DNA of 64,000 bases from Longimicrobiales bacterium (GCA_041690395.1 JAWLHJ010000004.1:465365-529364); one strand, 5' to 3'; shown: positions 1-9,033, counted from the first letter of the stretch. The notes: generated from the letters alone by a model not told the origin. Translations and numbers: made by a program.

Positions 1-1
1 C

Positions 2-1615
2 GGTCTGGCGGCAAGCATCGGAAGAGGCGCCATGTCGAACCCGCTGGCGGACATGGAGCGTCCCGATGTGATCTTCTGCATCGGGACCAATATGACCGAG
101 GCGCACCCCGTGGCAGCCACCCGTCTCAAGAAGGCGATCGCCCGCGGGGCGAAGATGATCGTTGCGGACCCGCGCCGGATCGACCTCGCCGAGCGCGCGC
201 ACCTGTACCTGCCCATCCGGGTGGGGTCCGACACCGCGCTCCTGCTCGCGATGGCGCACGTCATCGCCCGCGAAGGGCTGGTGGACGAGGCGTTCCTGCG
301 CGACCGCACGGTCGAGGGGGAGGCGTTCCTCGAACACGTGAAGGAGTTCACGCCCGAGTGGGCGTCGGAGATCTGTGAGGTGCCGGCCGAGGACATCGAG
401 CAGGCGGCGCTCTGGTACGCGCGGGCCGAGCGTGGCGCGATCTACTACACGCTCGGGATCACGGAGCACGTCTGCGGCGTCGAGAACGTCCAGAGCCTCT
501 GCAACCTGGCGTTGATGACCGGCCACATAGGACGCGAGGGAACCGGCATCAACCCGATGCGCGGGCAGAACAACATCCAGGGCGCCGGCGACATGGGCGC
601 CATCCCGAACAACTACCCCGGCTTCCAGCCCGTCTCGGACCCGGCGAACCAGGCGAAGTTCGAGAAGGCGTGGGGGACGAAGGTCGATCTCGAGGTCGGG
701 ATCACGAAGATCACGATGCTCGACCAGGCCGGCGACCAGATCCGCGCGGTCCTCATCGACGGCGAGAACACCGTGGTCTCGGACGCCGACCGCAGGCACG
801 CGGAGAAGGCGCTCCGGAAGCTCGACTTCCTCGTGGTGTGCGACCTCTTCCTCACGGACACCGCCGAACTCGCCGACGTCGTCTTCCCGGCGGCCGGCTG
901 GGCCGAGGTCGACGGAACCCAGACGAACACCGAGCGCCGCGTGCAGCGCCTGCGGGCGGCCGTTCCGCCCCAGGGCGAGGCGAAGCCCGACTGGTGGATC
1001 GTGAGCCGGCTCGCCCGGCGCATGGGCTTCCAGGGCTTCGACTACGAGAGCGCGAAGGAGGTCTTCAACGAGATGTGCGCGCTGTCGGCCACGTACCGGG
1101 GGCTCGACTGGGACCGTGTCGAGGAGGGGCGCTATCAGTGGCCCGTCCCCGAGGAGGGACATCCCGGCACGCCTCGTCTGCACGAAGGCGTGTTCGAGAA
1201 CGGCCGCGGCATCTTCAAGCTGACGAGCTACCGCGATCCCTCGGAGGTCATCGACGACGACTATCCGGTCTGGCTCACGACCGGCCGCCGGCTGCAGTCG
1301 TACCACACGCACACGCAGACGGGGCGGACCGCGGGCATCGAGTATCTGCTCCCGGGCGAGTCTCTCGAGATCCATCCGGACGACGTGGAGAAGCTCGGGC
1401 TGACCGACGGCGGGCTCGCTCGCGTCACGAGCAGACGGGGAAGCGTCGACGTTCCCGTCCAGGCGAACCCCCGGTCACCGAAGGGGACGGTCTTCCTCTC
1501 GTTCTCGTTCGCGGACATTCCGGTGAACGTGCTCACCGGCGGCGGCTACGATCCGATCACGCAGACGCCCGAGGTGAAGGTGTGCCCCGTGCGCGTGGAA
1601 GCGGTCAGAGGATGA
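2..1615 (+). CDS. Formate dehydrogenase alpha subunit (FdhF-like molybdopterin oxidoreductase), 5'-truncated by the window edge
   Basis: Frame is open from nt 2 (GLAASIGRGAMSN, the segment just after the Cys/Sec-His active site). Motifs EAHPV, PMRGQNNIQG, GTQTNTERRVQ and C-terminal TTGR..YHT. Confidence 0.9.
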   Translation, partial: GLAASIGRGAMSNPLADMERPDVIFCIGTNMTEAHPVAATRLKKAIARGAKMIVADPRRIDLAERAHLYLPIRVGSDTALLLAMAHVIAREGLVDEAFLRDRTVEGEAFLEHVKEFTPEWASEICEVPAEDIEQAALWYARAERGAIYYTLGITEHVCGVENVQSLCNLALMTGHIGREGTGINPMRGQNNIQGAGDMGAIPNNYPGFQPVSDPANQAKFEKAWGTKVDLEVGITKITMLDQAGDQIRAVLIDGENTVVSDADRRHAEKALRKLDFLVVCDLFLTDTAELADVVFPAAGWAEVDGTQTNTERRVQRLRAAVPPQGEAKPDWWIVSRLARRMGFQGFDYESAKEVFNEMCALSATYRGLDWDRVEEGRYQWPVPEEGHPGTPRLHEGVFENGRGIFKLTSYRDPSEVIDDDYPVWLTTGRRLQSYHTHTQTGRTAGIEYLLPGESLEIHPDDVEKLGLTDGGLARVTSRRGSVDVPVQANPRSPKGTVFLSFSFADIPVNVLTGGGYDPITQTPEVKVCPVRVEAVRG

Positions 1616-1835
1616 TCGCGAGCGGCAGCAGGACGACGTAGGCGAGCACCAGCAGCAGCGGCGCGGCCGTGATCGAGCCCTGGGCGAGCAGCCAATAGCC
1701 GAGGGTGAGCGTCAGGAGCCCGGCGGCTCCGAGCATCGCGTTCACGCGCGTGAAGCGGAGCGCGGCCGGTTGGCTTCGCGCTGCTTCGGCGGCTCTGCGC
1801 CGCGAGGGCTTTTTCGTTCGGTTCTCTTTGGGCAT
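1605..1835 (-). CDS. Small two-TM membrane protein (DUF3098-like)
   Basis: 76 aa with a basic N-terminus, then LGYWLLAQGSITAAPLLLVLAY hydrophobic hairpin. Lies directly after the NtrC gene. Confidence 0.6.
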   Translation of the reverse strand: MPKENRTKKPSRRRAAEAARSQPAALRFTRVNAMLGAAGLLTLTLGYWLLAQGSITAAPLLLVLAYVVLLPLAIIL

Positions 1836-1846
1836 GGCGGCTGATT

Positions 1847-3214
1847 CTAGACTCGGGCTTCCGCTGGGTCAATCGGATCGGCCAGATGGCTCCTCAGCTC
1901 GTCGACTTCGATGCCGAGCGCCTCGGCCGCCTTCTCTTCGTCTCCGTCGCAGCTCTCGAGCACGACCGTGACGTGCCTCCGGATGGCAGCCGCGAGCGAC
2001 TGGTCACCGCCGCCTTCGGCCGAGCCGTCCTCGTCGCCGAGAATGAGGTGGTCGGCTCCGATGACGGTTCCCCGCGCCATGATCGCGGCGCGCATGAGCG
2101 CGTTCTCGAGCTCCCGCACGTTCCCCGGCCAATCGTGCGCGCGGAGCTTGAGCACGGCACCGTCGGAGATCCGTCGGACGTTGCGGTGCGTCTCCTCCCG
2201 AATACGGCCGAGCATGGCGTTCGCGATCAGCTCGATGTCGTCGGGACGGGCGCGGAGCGGCGGCACTTCGATCTCGACGACCTTCAGGCGGAAGTAAAGG
2301 TCCTCGCGGAACGTCCCCTCCTCGATGAGCTTCTCCACCGGCTGGTGCGTGGCCGCGATGACGCGCGCCTCGGTGCGTCGCACCTCCTCTCCACCCACCG
2401 GATAGAAGCGCCGCTCCTGGAGCACCCGCAGGAGCTTGGTCTGGAACTCCGGGCTCGTGTCTCCGATCTCGTCGAGGAAGATCGTGCCCTTCTTCGCGAG
2501 CTCGAAGTATCCCTTGCGGGCCCCGGACGCCCCCGTGAACGCGCCCTTCACGTGCCCGAAGAGCTCCGACTCCAGGAGCGTGTCGGTCAGCGCGGTGCAG
2601 TTGACCGCGATGAACGGCTCGTCGGCGTACTCGGAGTGCTGATGAATCGCGCGCGCGATGACCTCTTTGCCGGTTCCCGTCTCGCCCCGGACCAGCACCG
2701 TGGCCCGGTTGCGCGAGAGCACGCCGATCGTCTTGTAGATCTCGATCATGCGCGGGTTGCGCCCGACGAGCTTGCCGCGTGGCAACGCGCCGTCGTCCTC
2801 GGCCGTGTCGTCGTCCGCGACGTCGACGTTCAGCGCCCGCTCACGGAAGCACCGCTCGGCCAGTCCCTGCACCGCCTTCGGGTCGACCGGCTTCACCAGA
2901 AAGTCGAACGCGCCGGCCTTCATGGCGGTGACGGCGGTCTCCATGTCGTCGTGCGCGGTCATGACCACGACCTCGACACGCTCCATGGACGAGCGGATCC
3001 GCTCGAGGAGCTCGAGGCCGGTCATCCCCGACATACGGACATCGGTCACCACCAGACCGGGGTCGAACGAGCTGACCCTGGCCAGGGCCTTTTCGGCGCT
3101 CTCGGCCGTCTCGACCTCGTAACCGGCATGGGCGAGGCGGGTCCGGAGCACTTCGAGGCCGTCGACGTCGTCGTCGACGACGAGAATTCGCTGGGATACG
3201 GAGGGTTCGGTCAT
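1847..3214 (-). CDS. Sigma-54-dependent response regulator (NtrC family)
   Basis: Receiver domain (VVDDD, TDVRM, FLVKP), Walker A GETGTGKE, ESELFGH, GAFTGA, FLDEIGD, WPGNVRELEN. Start moved to the ATG at 3214. Confidence 0.93.
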   Translation of the reverse strand: MTEPSVSQRILVVDDDVDGLEVLRTRLAHAGYEVETAESAEKALARVSSFDPGLVVTDVRMSGMTGLELLERIRSSMERVEVVVMTAHDDMETAVTAMKAGAFDFLVKPVDPKAVQGLAERCFRERALNVDVADDDTAEDDGALPRGKLVGRNPRMIEIYKTIGVLSRNRATVLVRGETGTGKEVIARAIHQHSEYADEPFIAVNCTALTDTLLESELFGHVKGAFTGASGARKGYFELAKKGTIFLDEIGDTSPEFQTKLLRVLQERRFYPVGGEEVRRTEARVIAATHQPVEKLIEEGTFREDLYFRLKVVEIEVPPLRARPDDIELIANAMLGRIREETHRNVRRISDGAVLKLRAHDWPGNVRELENALMRAAIMARGTVIGADHLILGDEDGSAEGGGDQSLAAAIRRHVTVVLESCDGDEEKAAEALGIEVDELRSHLADPIDPAEARV

Positions 3215-3224
3215 GGCGAGAATG

Positions 3225-4337
3225 TTAACCCCCCACGCCGGAGTCAGGGTCCACGTCGGCCGGACCGCGTGGGTCGCGTGGGCCACCAGGGTCGTCAGGG
3301 GTACCCGGTGGCCCCTGCTCACGCCGGACGTCGATGGGCTCGAGGTTCCAGTAGGCGGGGAGGTCCGGAACCTCCTCGGCCCTGAGGCGCGCCAGCTGCT
3401 CGTCGTTCCGCACCTTCCGCACCCGGACCATGTAGATCAGCACCACCCCGAGGAGGAGCCAGAACACCGACGAGCGTGCGACGACGAAGAGCCAACCGTA
3501 CCGGGATTTCACGTGCGCCCGCCAATCCTCCTCCAGCTGGCCGCTCGTGACGCCGTACGTCTGCCGCAGGGCCACCTCGAACGATCGTTCCTCGCGCCAC
3601 CGCTCCAGGAAGATCGCCAGGCCGCGCTCGCCGCTCCCTTCCAGTAGATAGGTCACGGCGCTCGCCGACAGGAGGTACGCGGTGCGCGCCTGGTCCCGGC
3701 GGCCGGGCCATCCGAGGGTGATCGAGTCGAGGGCCGGCGTGCCTCCGAACGCCAGCCCGACCCTGAGCTGCCACACCTCCATCGCGTCGAACCCACCGGC
3801 CGCCCACTCGGCGTACCCTTCGTTGAACCAGCGGGGGATGCGGAGCCCGCCCAGGAACTGGTGCAGCCCGAGGTGGGCCCACTCGTGACGAAGCGTACGG
3901 AGCCCTTCCCCGGAGAGTACCCCGGTGCCTTCACCCGACGGGATCACGAGCAGGTGGCGGGAAGGAACGGCCACCCCTGCACGCCACTCCGGAACGGCGC
4001 CGCCGATCGCCTGGTCCAACGCGGCCGGCGAGTGCGCCAGCACCGCGTGCACACCTGACGGGATCGAGTCGGGGAGGGCCGGGAGCGGTGCCTGGGCGTC
4101 GAGAAGGTCGCGCATGCGCTCGGCCAGCGCGGCCTGGGCGGGAACGTGGTAGACGGTCGCGCGACGGCCGGGAAGCGCGACGTAGGGCAAGCCGTCGAGC
4201 GTGTCCGGCACCGGAGCAGCCTCGACCTGGAACGCTGCCAGCTCGCCCACGCCGCCCGGAACGAAGGCCAGCAGGATGGCGAGCGCGAGCCCGAGGACCA
4301 CACGGGCACGAGCGCTCGAGACCCCGGACTCCTTCAC
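3225..4337 (-). CDS. Membrane-anchored zinc metallopeptidase (peptidase MA-like)
   Basis: N-terminal signal/TM segment, HEWAH plus PRWFNEGYAE zincin motifs, C-terminal TM. Start overlaps the upstream stop. Confidence 0.8.
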   Translation of the reverse strand: MKESGVSSARARVVLGLALAILLAFVPGGVGELAAFQVEAAPVPDTLDGLPYVALPGRRATVYHVPAQAALAERMRDLLDAQAPLPALPDSIPSGVHAVLAHSPAALDQAIGGAVPEWRAGVAVPSRHLLVIPSGEGTGVLSGEGLRTLRHEWAHLGLHQFLGGLRIPRWFNEGYAEWAAGGFDAMEVWQLRVGLAFGGTPALDSITLGWPGRRDQARTAYLLSASAVTYLLEGSGERGLAIFLERWREERSFEVALRQTYGVTSGQLEEDWRAHVKSRYGWLFVVARSSVFWLLLGVVLIYMVRVRKVRNDEQLARLRAEEVPDLPAYWNLEPIDVRREQGPPGTPDDPGGPRDPRGPADVDPDSGVGG

Positions 4338-5959
4338 CCGGCTTGCAGCATCTCCAGGTTGGAGCGTACCGCCTCGTTGTGGGGGTTCAGATCGAGCGCC
4401 CGCCGCCAGAGGAGGAGCGCGACGTCCCGGTCGTTGTCCTTGTAGGCCATGGTGCCGAGCCGGAGATAGACGTCGTCTCCGAGCCGGGGCGAGAGCTTCA
4501 CGGCCTTCTCGTACTGCACCCGGGCGCTCTCCATGTCACCATGCGCGTACGCCTGGTCGCCGAGGTTCTTGTGGGCCTGGGGTGGCGGCGGCTGGACGGC
4601 CACCGCTCGCTTGTAGAGAGCCGCCGCCGCCTCGACTTCCCCGCGTCGCTCGAGGACGGCGCCCGTGTTCACCAGGATCGCACCGGACTTCGGATAGTGG
4701 CTCATGCCCTCCTGGCCGACCCCCACCGCGAAGTCGAGGTCGCCGGCGACGGCCGCGGCCAACACCGTGTAGGCGTAGTACTGCTCGGCCGGGACCTTGA
4801 GGCCGGGATAGGTCCGGTACCGGCGGAGCGCCTCGAGCGCCTTGTCGACCCGCTGCGCCTTGAAGTGCACGATCCCGCGGGCGAGGTACACCTCATGGTC
4901 CTTGGGACGGGCGACCGCGGCCGCGTCGAGCGCCTGGAGCGCATCGTCGTACCGCCCGAGGGCCTCGAGGGCGAGAGCCGTGTTCCGATGGACGGCGTAG
5001 CTCTCGGCGTACCCGGGGGGCATCGACCCGAAGTGCTGGAGCGACTCCTCGAGCCGGCCGCGTCGGAACGCGATCAGACCCATCATGAAGTTCGCGCGCG
5101 CCTGCCGGGGATCGGCCTCCAGGGCCTCCTCGAACTCGCGCTGCGCATCCTCCAGCATCCCCGACCGGTAGAACGCGATCCCGACGTTGAGGTGCTGCTG
5201 AAGGGCCTCGTCGCCGCCCGTCTCCTCCTCGGTGGTCCGCTCGCCGGTGCGGGATACGAAGCCGGCCTGGATGAGGCCGTAGAGGGCCTTCCCGGTATCG
5301 AACTCGACGAGCCCCGCTTCGTTCATGATCTCGTGCACGGTCCGCACGCCGTCCACGAAGGGCAGGATCTTCTTCTGGTGCGGGGTGAGCTCCACCTCGG
5401 CTTCGCTGACGGACGTCGTGGGGTCATGGTCGACCTGGAAGACGATGTCGAACGACGGGATCTTCTTCTCGACCAGGCTCCACTCGTCCACGCGCCGGGC
5501 ACCCTCCATGAGGAGCGCCTCGGGCGGGATGTCGACGAGCAGGAGGCCGTCCTCGTCGGGCATCTGGTCCGTGTCGAAGTGGAACGACCCCTGGGACCAG
5601 GTGAAGAGGTGGTAGACCGCCTCCTCGACCTGCATCTGGATGTAGCGTCGCAGGTCGTCGTGGGTGAGCGCGCCCATCTCCACGAGGATCTCGCCGAGGC
5701 GCTTGCTCTTGTCGCGCGACTGCGTCTCCATCGCGCTCGACAGGTCTTTCCGCGTGATCACGTGGTTCCGGACCAAGAGCTCGCCGAGGCGGTCCCTGCG
5801 GTTCAGAACGGAGGCGTAGATCACCCGCCCCTTCTGGAAGTAGACGTATCCGAAGTTCGACCGGTCCGTGATGCTCAGGCAGCCGGTCTTGCGGCCCATC
5901 CCGAGCAGCTGGCAGATGTCGGCCAGGCTGACGTCCTGGAGTGCGCCCTCGATGGCCAT
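4334..5959 (-). CDS. DUF4388 domain protein with MshEN-like motif, winged-helix-like segment and TPR repeats
   Basis: Starts MAIEGALQDVSLADICQLLGMGRKTG (DUF4388 pattern). Several TPR-like repeats (AQREFEEALEADP, ALDLNPHN). ATG overlaps the upstream TAA. Confidence 0.85.
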   Translation of the reverse strand: MAIEGALQDVSLADICQLLGMGRKTGCLSITDRSNFGYVYFQKGRVIYASVLNRRDRLGELLVRNHVITRKDLSSAMETQSRDKSKRLGEILVEMGALTHDDLRRYIQMQVEEAVYHLFTWSQGSFHFDTDQMPDEDGLLLVDIPPEALLMEGARRVDEWSLVEKKIPSFDIVFQVDHDPTTSVSEAEVELTPHQKKILPFVDGVRTVHEIMNEAGLVEFDTGKALYGLIQAGFVSRTGERTTEEETGGDEALQQHLNVGIAFYRSGMLEDAQREFEEALEADPRQARANFMMGLIAFRRGRLEESLQHFGSMPPGYAESYAVHRNTALALEALGRYDDALQALDAAAVARPKDHEVYLARGIVHFKAQRVDKALEALRRYRTYPGLKVPAEQYYAYTVLAAAVAGDLDFAVGVGQEGMSHYPKSGAILVNTGAVLERRGEVEAAAALYKRAVAVQPPPPQAHKNLGDQAYAHGDMESARVQYEKAVKLSPRLGDDVYLRLGTMAYKDNDRDVALLLWRRALDLNPHNEAVRSNLEMLQAG

Positions 5960-7926
5960 TAGTCGAGCTCCTCGATGAGGAGGTCGACCATGCGGGGCCA
6001 GTAGATCACGGCGTTCTCTCGGCTCGGAAACCAGGCGCCGCCCTTCCTGGGCGTCGCCGGGGGTGCCGGTTCGGGAATGACGGTCTTGGCCTTGGGCTCC
6101 CTGCGGGGCTGCGCCGGAGCGGTCGGGGTCTGCTTCGGCTGGGCGGAGGTCGCCACCGGAGCGCCCGCCGGCGCGACGTCCGGCTCCGGGGCCTCGGGGC
6201 CTTCGGGGGCGATCTCGGCGGCCGGTGCGCTCGTTTCGCTCGCCGGCCCGCCGATCATCTCGTCGAGCTGCAGGTCCGGCACGAACGACGAGCTGTCGAT
6301 GGAGATCCGCTGATCCTCCAGGATCAGGTCGCTCCCGGGCGTGCCGCTGTTCAGCTCCAGCACCAGGCCGCCCTCGAAGCGCGACCGCAACCGGTCGTCG
6401 ATCCCCCCGATCTGCGCCGGCACCCGGTCGGACAGCAGGAGCACACGCGCGCCGCGCCGCTTGAGGGCCTCGAAGAGGTGGAAGAACTCGTCCTGGGCCC
6501 GCTCGGTCTCCGAGAGGGCCTCGACTCCGTGCACGAGGAGCAGGTCCACCGTCCACCACCGCTCCCGCCACGCCCCGGCGACGCCCTCTCCGAGCGCGCG
6601 GATGAAGTCGTCGGCGAAGTCGCTCAGCGACGTGACCGCCATGCGTGCTTCGGGATGGGTGACCTGATAGGTCCGCCCCGCCGCGCCGAGAAGCGTCTTC
6701 CCGAGGTCCTCGTCCGGCGCGGCGACGAAGAGCGGGTTGTACTCCGGACGATCCCTTCCGACGAGCTGGGCCGCCGCCTTGAGCACGATACCCGGGAAGT
6801 CTGCGAGATCCGTCAGCAGCTGTCCCCGCGCCAACCGCGGGAACGGGCGCTGCCGCTCGCGGACCGACGCCAACAACGACTCGGCCTCCCCGATCCGGTC
6901 GGGGTCCTTGAGGACGCCGGCGGCCGCCTCGGGCCACGGGTTGCCGAGCTCGTCGAGCTCGTCCTCGATCTCGCGGAGTCGGTCGACGTCCCGGCGGAAG
7001 CCCTGGACGACCTCCTCCCACCCTTCCGGCTCGGACCCTTTCATGTATGGGTCGAGGCGGAGGCTCGAGAAGCCTTCGCGCTCGGCCGTGTCCACGGCCT
7101 CGCGGAACGCACGCCGCCAGGGCTCTTCCTTCTCTTCGACGACCTCGGCCAGCGAGGTGACGAGATCGTCCAGAAACGAGTCGAACTCGGCATCGTGGGC
7201 GCCTTCGCCCGACGTGACCGAGCCCATGAGCAAGGGCACCTCGTCCACGCGCACCCGCCGCTCCTCGAGCTCCTGGGTCGCGAGGACCTTGTTCAGCCCG
7301 CCGCCCAGCTCACGAACGTTCCGGAACGGATGCCGTGCGAGCGCCTCGGCCACACCGGGCTCCAGGGTCTGGCCGCGCCCCTCCGCCTTCTTGCGGATGA
7401 TGGCCACCCGCGTCTCGTACTCCGGGACACCGATGTCCACGATGAGTCCGCCGGAAAAACGAGACAGCAGCCTGGCATCGAGCCCGTTGATGTCCGCCGG
7501 CGGCCGGTCGCTGGCCAGCACCACCTGGCTCCCCGAAGCGGACAGCTCGTCCAGGGTGCGCAGCAGCATCTCCTGGGCTTCCGGCTGGCCCGTCACGAAC
7601 TGCACGTCGTCCAACAGCAGGATGTCCAGCTCCTTGAAGATCGCCATGCTGTCCTGGGAGCCGTCCTCGATGGCCGACTCCAGACGCTCCAGGTACTTCT
7701 CCAGCGCCATATACTCGAGCTTGCGCCCGGGTGACGTCTTGAGCGCCTGGTGCGCGATCGCCGTCAGGATGTGGGTCTTTCCGAGCCCCGACGCCGAATA
7801 CACGAACAGCGGGTTGTAGCTCGTGCCGGGGGAATCCGCGGCACGCCTGGCCGCCGCGGAGGCCAGACGGTTCGCGGGACCCACCACGAACGACTCGAAA
7901 GTCAGCTTGGGATCGAAATCCGACAT
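5959..7926 (-). CDS. DnaA/Hda-family protein with two tandem AAA+ domains
   Basis: TFESFVVGPANRLA, YNPLFVYSASGLGKTH, LLLDDVQF, RLLSRF, NVREL. Second copy YNPLFV..LGKTLL..RLRSRFEGGL. No DnaA domain I or IV. Confidence 0.85.
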   Translation of the reverse strand: MSDFDPKLTFESFVVGPANRLASAAARRAADSPGTSYNPLFVYSASGLGKTHILTAIAHQALKTSPGRKLEYMALEKYLERLESAIEDGSQDSMAIFKELDILLLDDVQFVTGQPEAQEMLLRTLDELSASGSQVVLASDRPPADINGLDARLLSRFSGGLIVDIGVPEYETRVAIIRKKAEGRGQTLEPGVAEALARHPFRNVRELGGGLNKVLATQELEERRVRVDEVPLLMGSVTSGEGAHDAEFDSFLDDLVTSLAEVVEEKEEPWRRAFREAVDTAEREGFSSLRLDPYMKGSEPEGWEEVVQGFRRDVDRLREIEDELDELGNPWPEAAAGVLKDPDRIGEAESLLASVRERQRPFPRLARGQLLTDLADFPGIVLKAAAQLVGRDRPEYNPLFVAAPDEDLGKTLLGAAGRTYQVTHPEARMAVTSLSDFADDFIRALGEGVAGAWRERWWTVDLLLVHGVEALSETERAQDEFFHLFEALKRRGARVLLLSDRVPAQIGGIDDRLRSRFEGGLVLELNSGTPGSDLILEDQRISIDSSSFVPDLQLDEMIGGPASETSAPAAEIAPEGPEAPEPDVAPAGAPVATSAQPKQTPTAPAQPRREPKAKTVIPEPAPPATPRKGGAWFPSRENAVIYWPRMVDLLIEELD

Positions 7927-8017
7927 CAGGACCGGGATGTGTTTCCCTGTGAGGACACGAGACGACGGCGTTGGCGAGGAACACGCGGAACACTAAGTAT
8001 CGGCCCGCGCCTACGGG

Positions 8018-8048
8018 AAAAAAAGGGTGATCCGGCCCGGAGCGGACC
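8018..8048 (-). terminator. Possible intrinsic terminator after rluD
   Basis: Weak stem GGUCCG/CGGAUC followed after 4 nt by U7 on the minus strand. Confidence 0.35.
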
Positions 8049-8049
8049 G

Positions 8050-9033
8050 CTACGAGCCGGCATCCGACGATCCGGCGCCCGTCCCGCGAGCCCAACGCGC
8101 GGCCGCCGCTAGGTCCTCGGGGAGCTCCGCGCGGAAGCGCATCCGCTCTCCCGTGACCGGGTGGTCGAAGCCGAGCGCGGCGGCGTGCAGAAACTGACGG
8201 CGCACGCGGCGGGCGAGCTGGTCGGCCCACCGCCGGCTCCCTCCACCCATCCCGCGCTCCCACCCGAGACCGTAGACCGAGTCCCCGACCACCGGGTGGC
8301 CGATGTGGCTCAGGTGCACGCGGATCTGGTGGGTGCGCCCCGTCTTCAACGCCACGTCCAACAGGTCCGCACGCTCCCACCGTTCGGCCACCCGGACCCG
8401 GGTGAGCGCATGGCGGCCGCCCTCGACGACGGCCATCTTCTTGCGGTTCCCCGGGTCCCGGTCGATGGGGGCATCGATCGTGAGCACGTCCTCCGCGAGG
8501 TGTCCCCAGGCGAGCGCGGTGTAGATCCGCTTGATGCGCCGCTGCTTGAGCGCGTCGCTGAGCGCGTGATGGGCCTGGTCCGTCTTGGCCACCACGAGCA
8601 GTCCCGACGTGTCCCGGTCGAGGCGGTGGACGATGCCCGGGCGCAGCCGACCACCCACGCCGGAGAGGTCGCGCACGTGGTGGAGCAGCGCGTTCACCAT
8701 GGTCCCGGTCCGGTGCCCGGGGGCCGGGTGCACGACCATTCCCGCCGGCTTGTTCACGACGGCGAGATGGGGGTCCTGATAGACGATCTCGAGGGGAAGG
8801 TCCTCGGCTTCCATGGTCACGGCGACCGGAGCCGGCACCTCGATGCGCACGCGCTGGCCGGCCTCGACGACCTCGGACTTCCGCGCCGGGCGGTCGTCGA
8901 TGGTGATGTGTCCGTCCTCGAGGAGCTTCTGCACGCGGGTGCGAGAGAGATCCATACGGGCGGCTATGAAGCGATCGAGGCGGACCTCGTCGCCCTCCTC
9001 GACCGTCAGCTCATGGATATTCCGGTCGCTCAA
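8050..9033 (-). CDS. rluD: RluA-family pseudouridine synthase (RluD-like)
   Basis: N-terminal S4 domain, VNKPAGMVVHP, HRLDRDTSG, GRTHQIRVH. Confidence 0.92.
   Translation of the reverse strand: MSDRNIHELTVEEGDEVRLDRFIAARMDLSRTRVQKLLEDGHITIDDRPARKSEVVEAGQRVRIEVPAPVAVTMEAEDLPLEIVYQDPHLAVVNKPAGMVVHPAPGHRTGTMVNALLHHVRDLSGVGGRLRPGIVHRLDRDTSGLLVVAKTDQAHHALSDALKQRRIKRIYTALAWGHLAEDVLTIDAPIDRDPGNRKKMAVVEGGRHALTRVRVAERWERADLLDVALKTGRTHQIRVHLSHIGHPVVGDSVYGLGWERGMGGGSRRWADQLARRVRRQFLHAAALGFDHPVTGERMRFRAELPEDLAAAARWARGTGAGSSDAGS

Noticed and set aside
7927..8049. Replication origin next to the DnaA-like gene
   Set aside because: No TTATCCACA-type boxes or AT-rich unwinding element seen, no dnaN, and the protein lacks domain IV.
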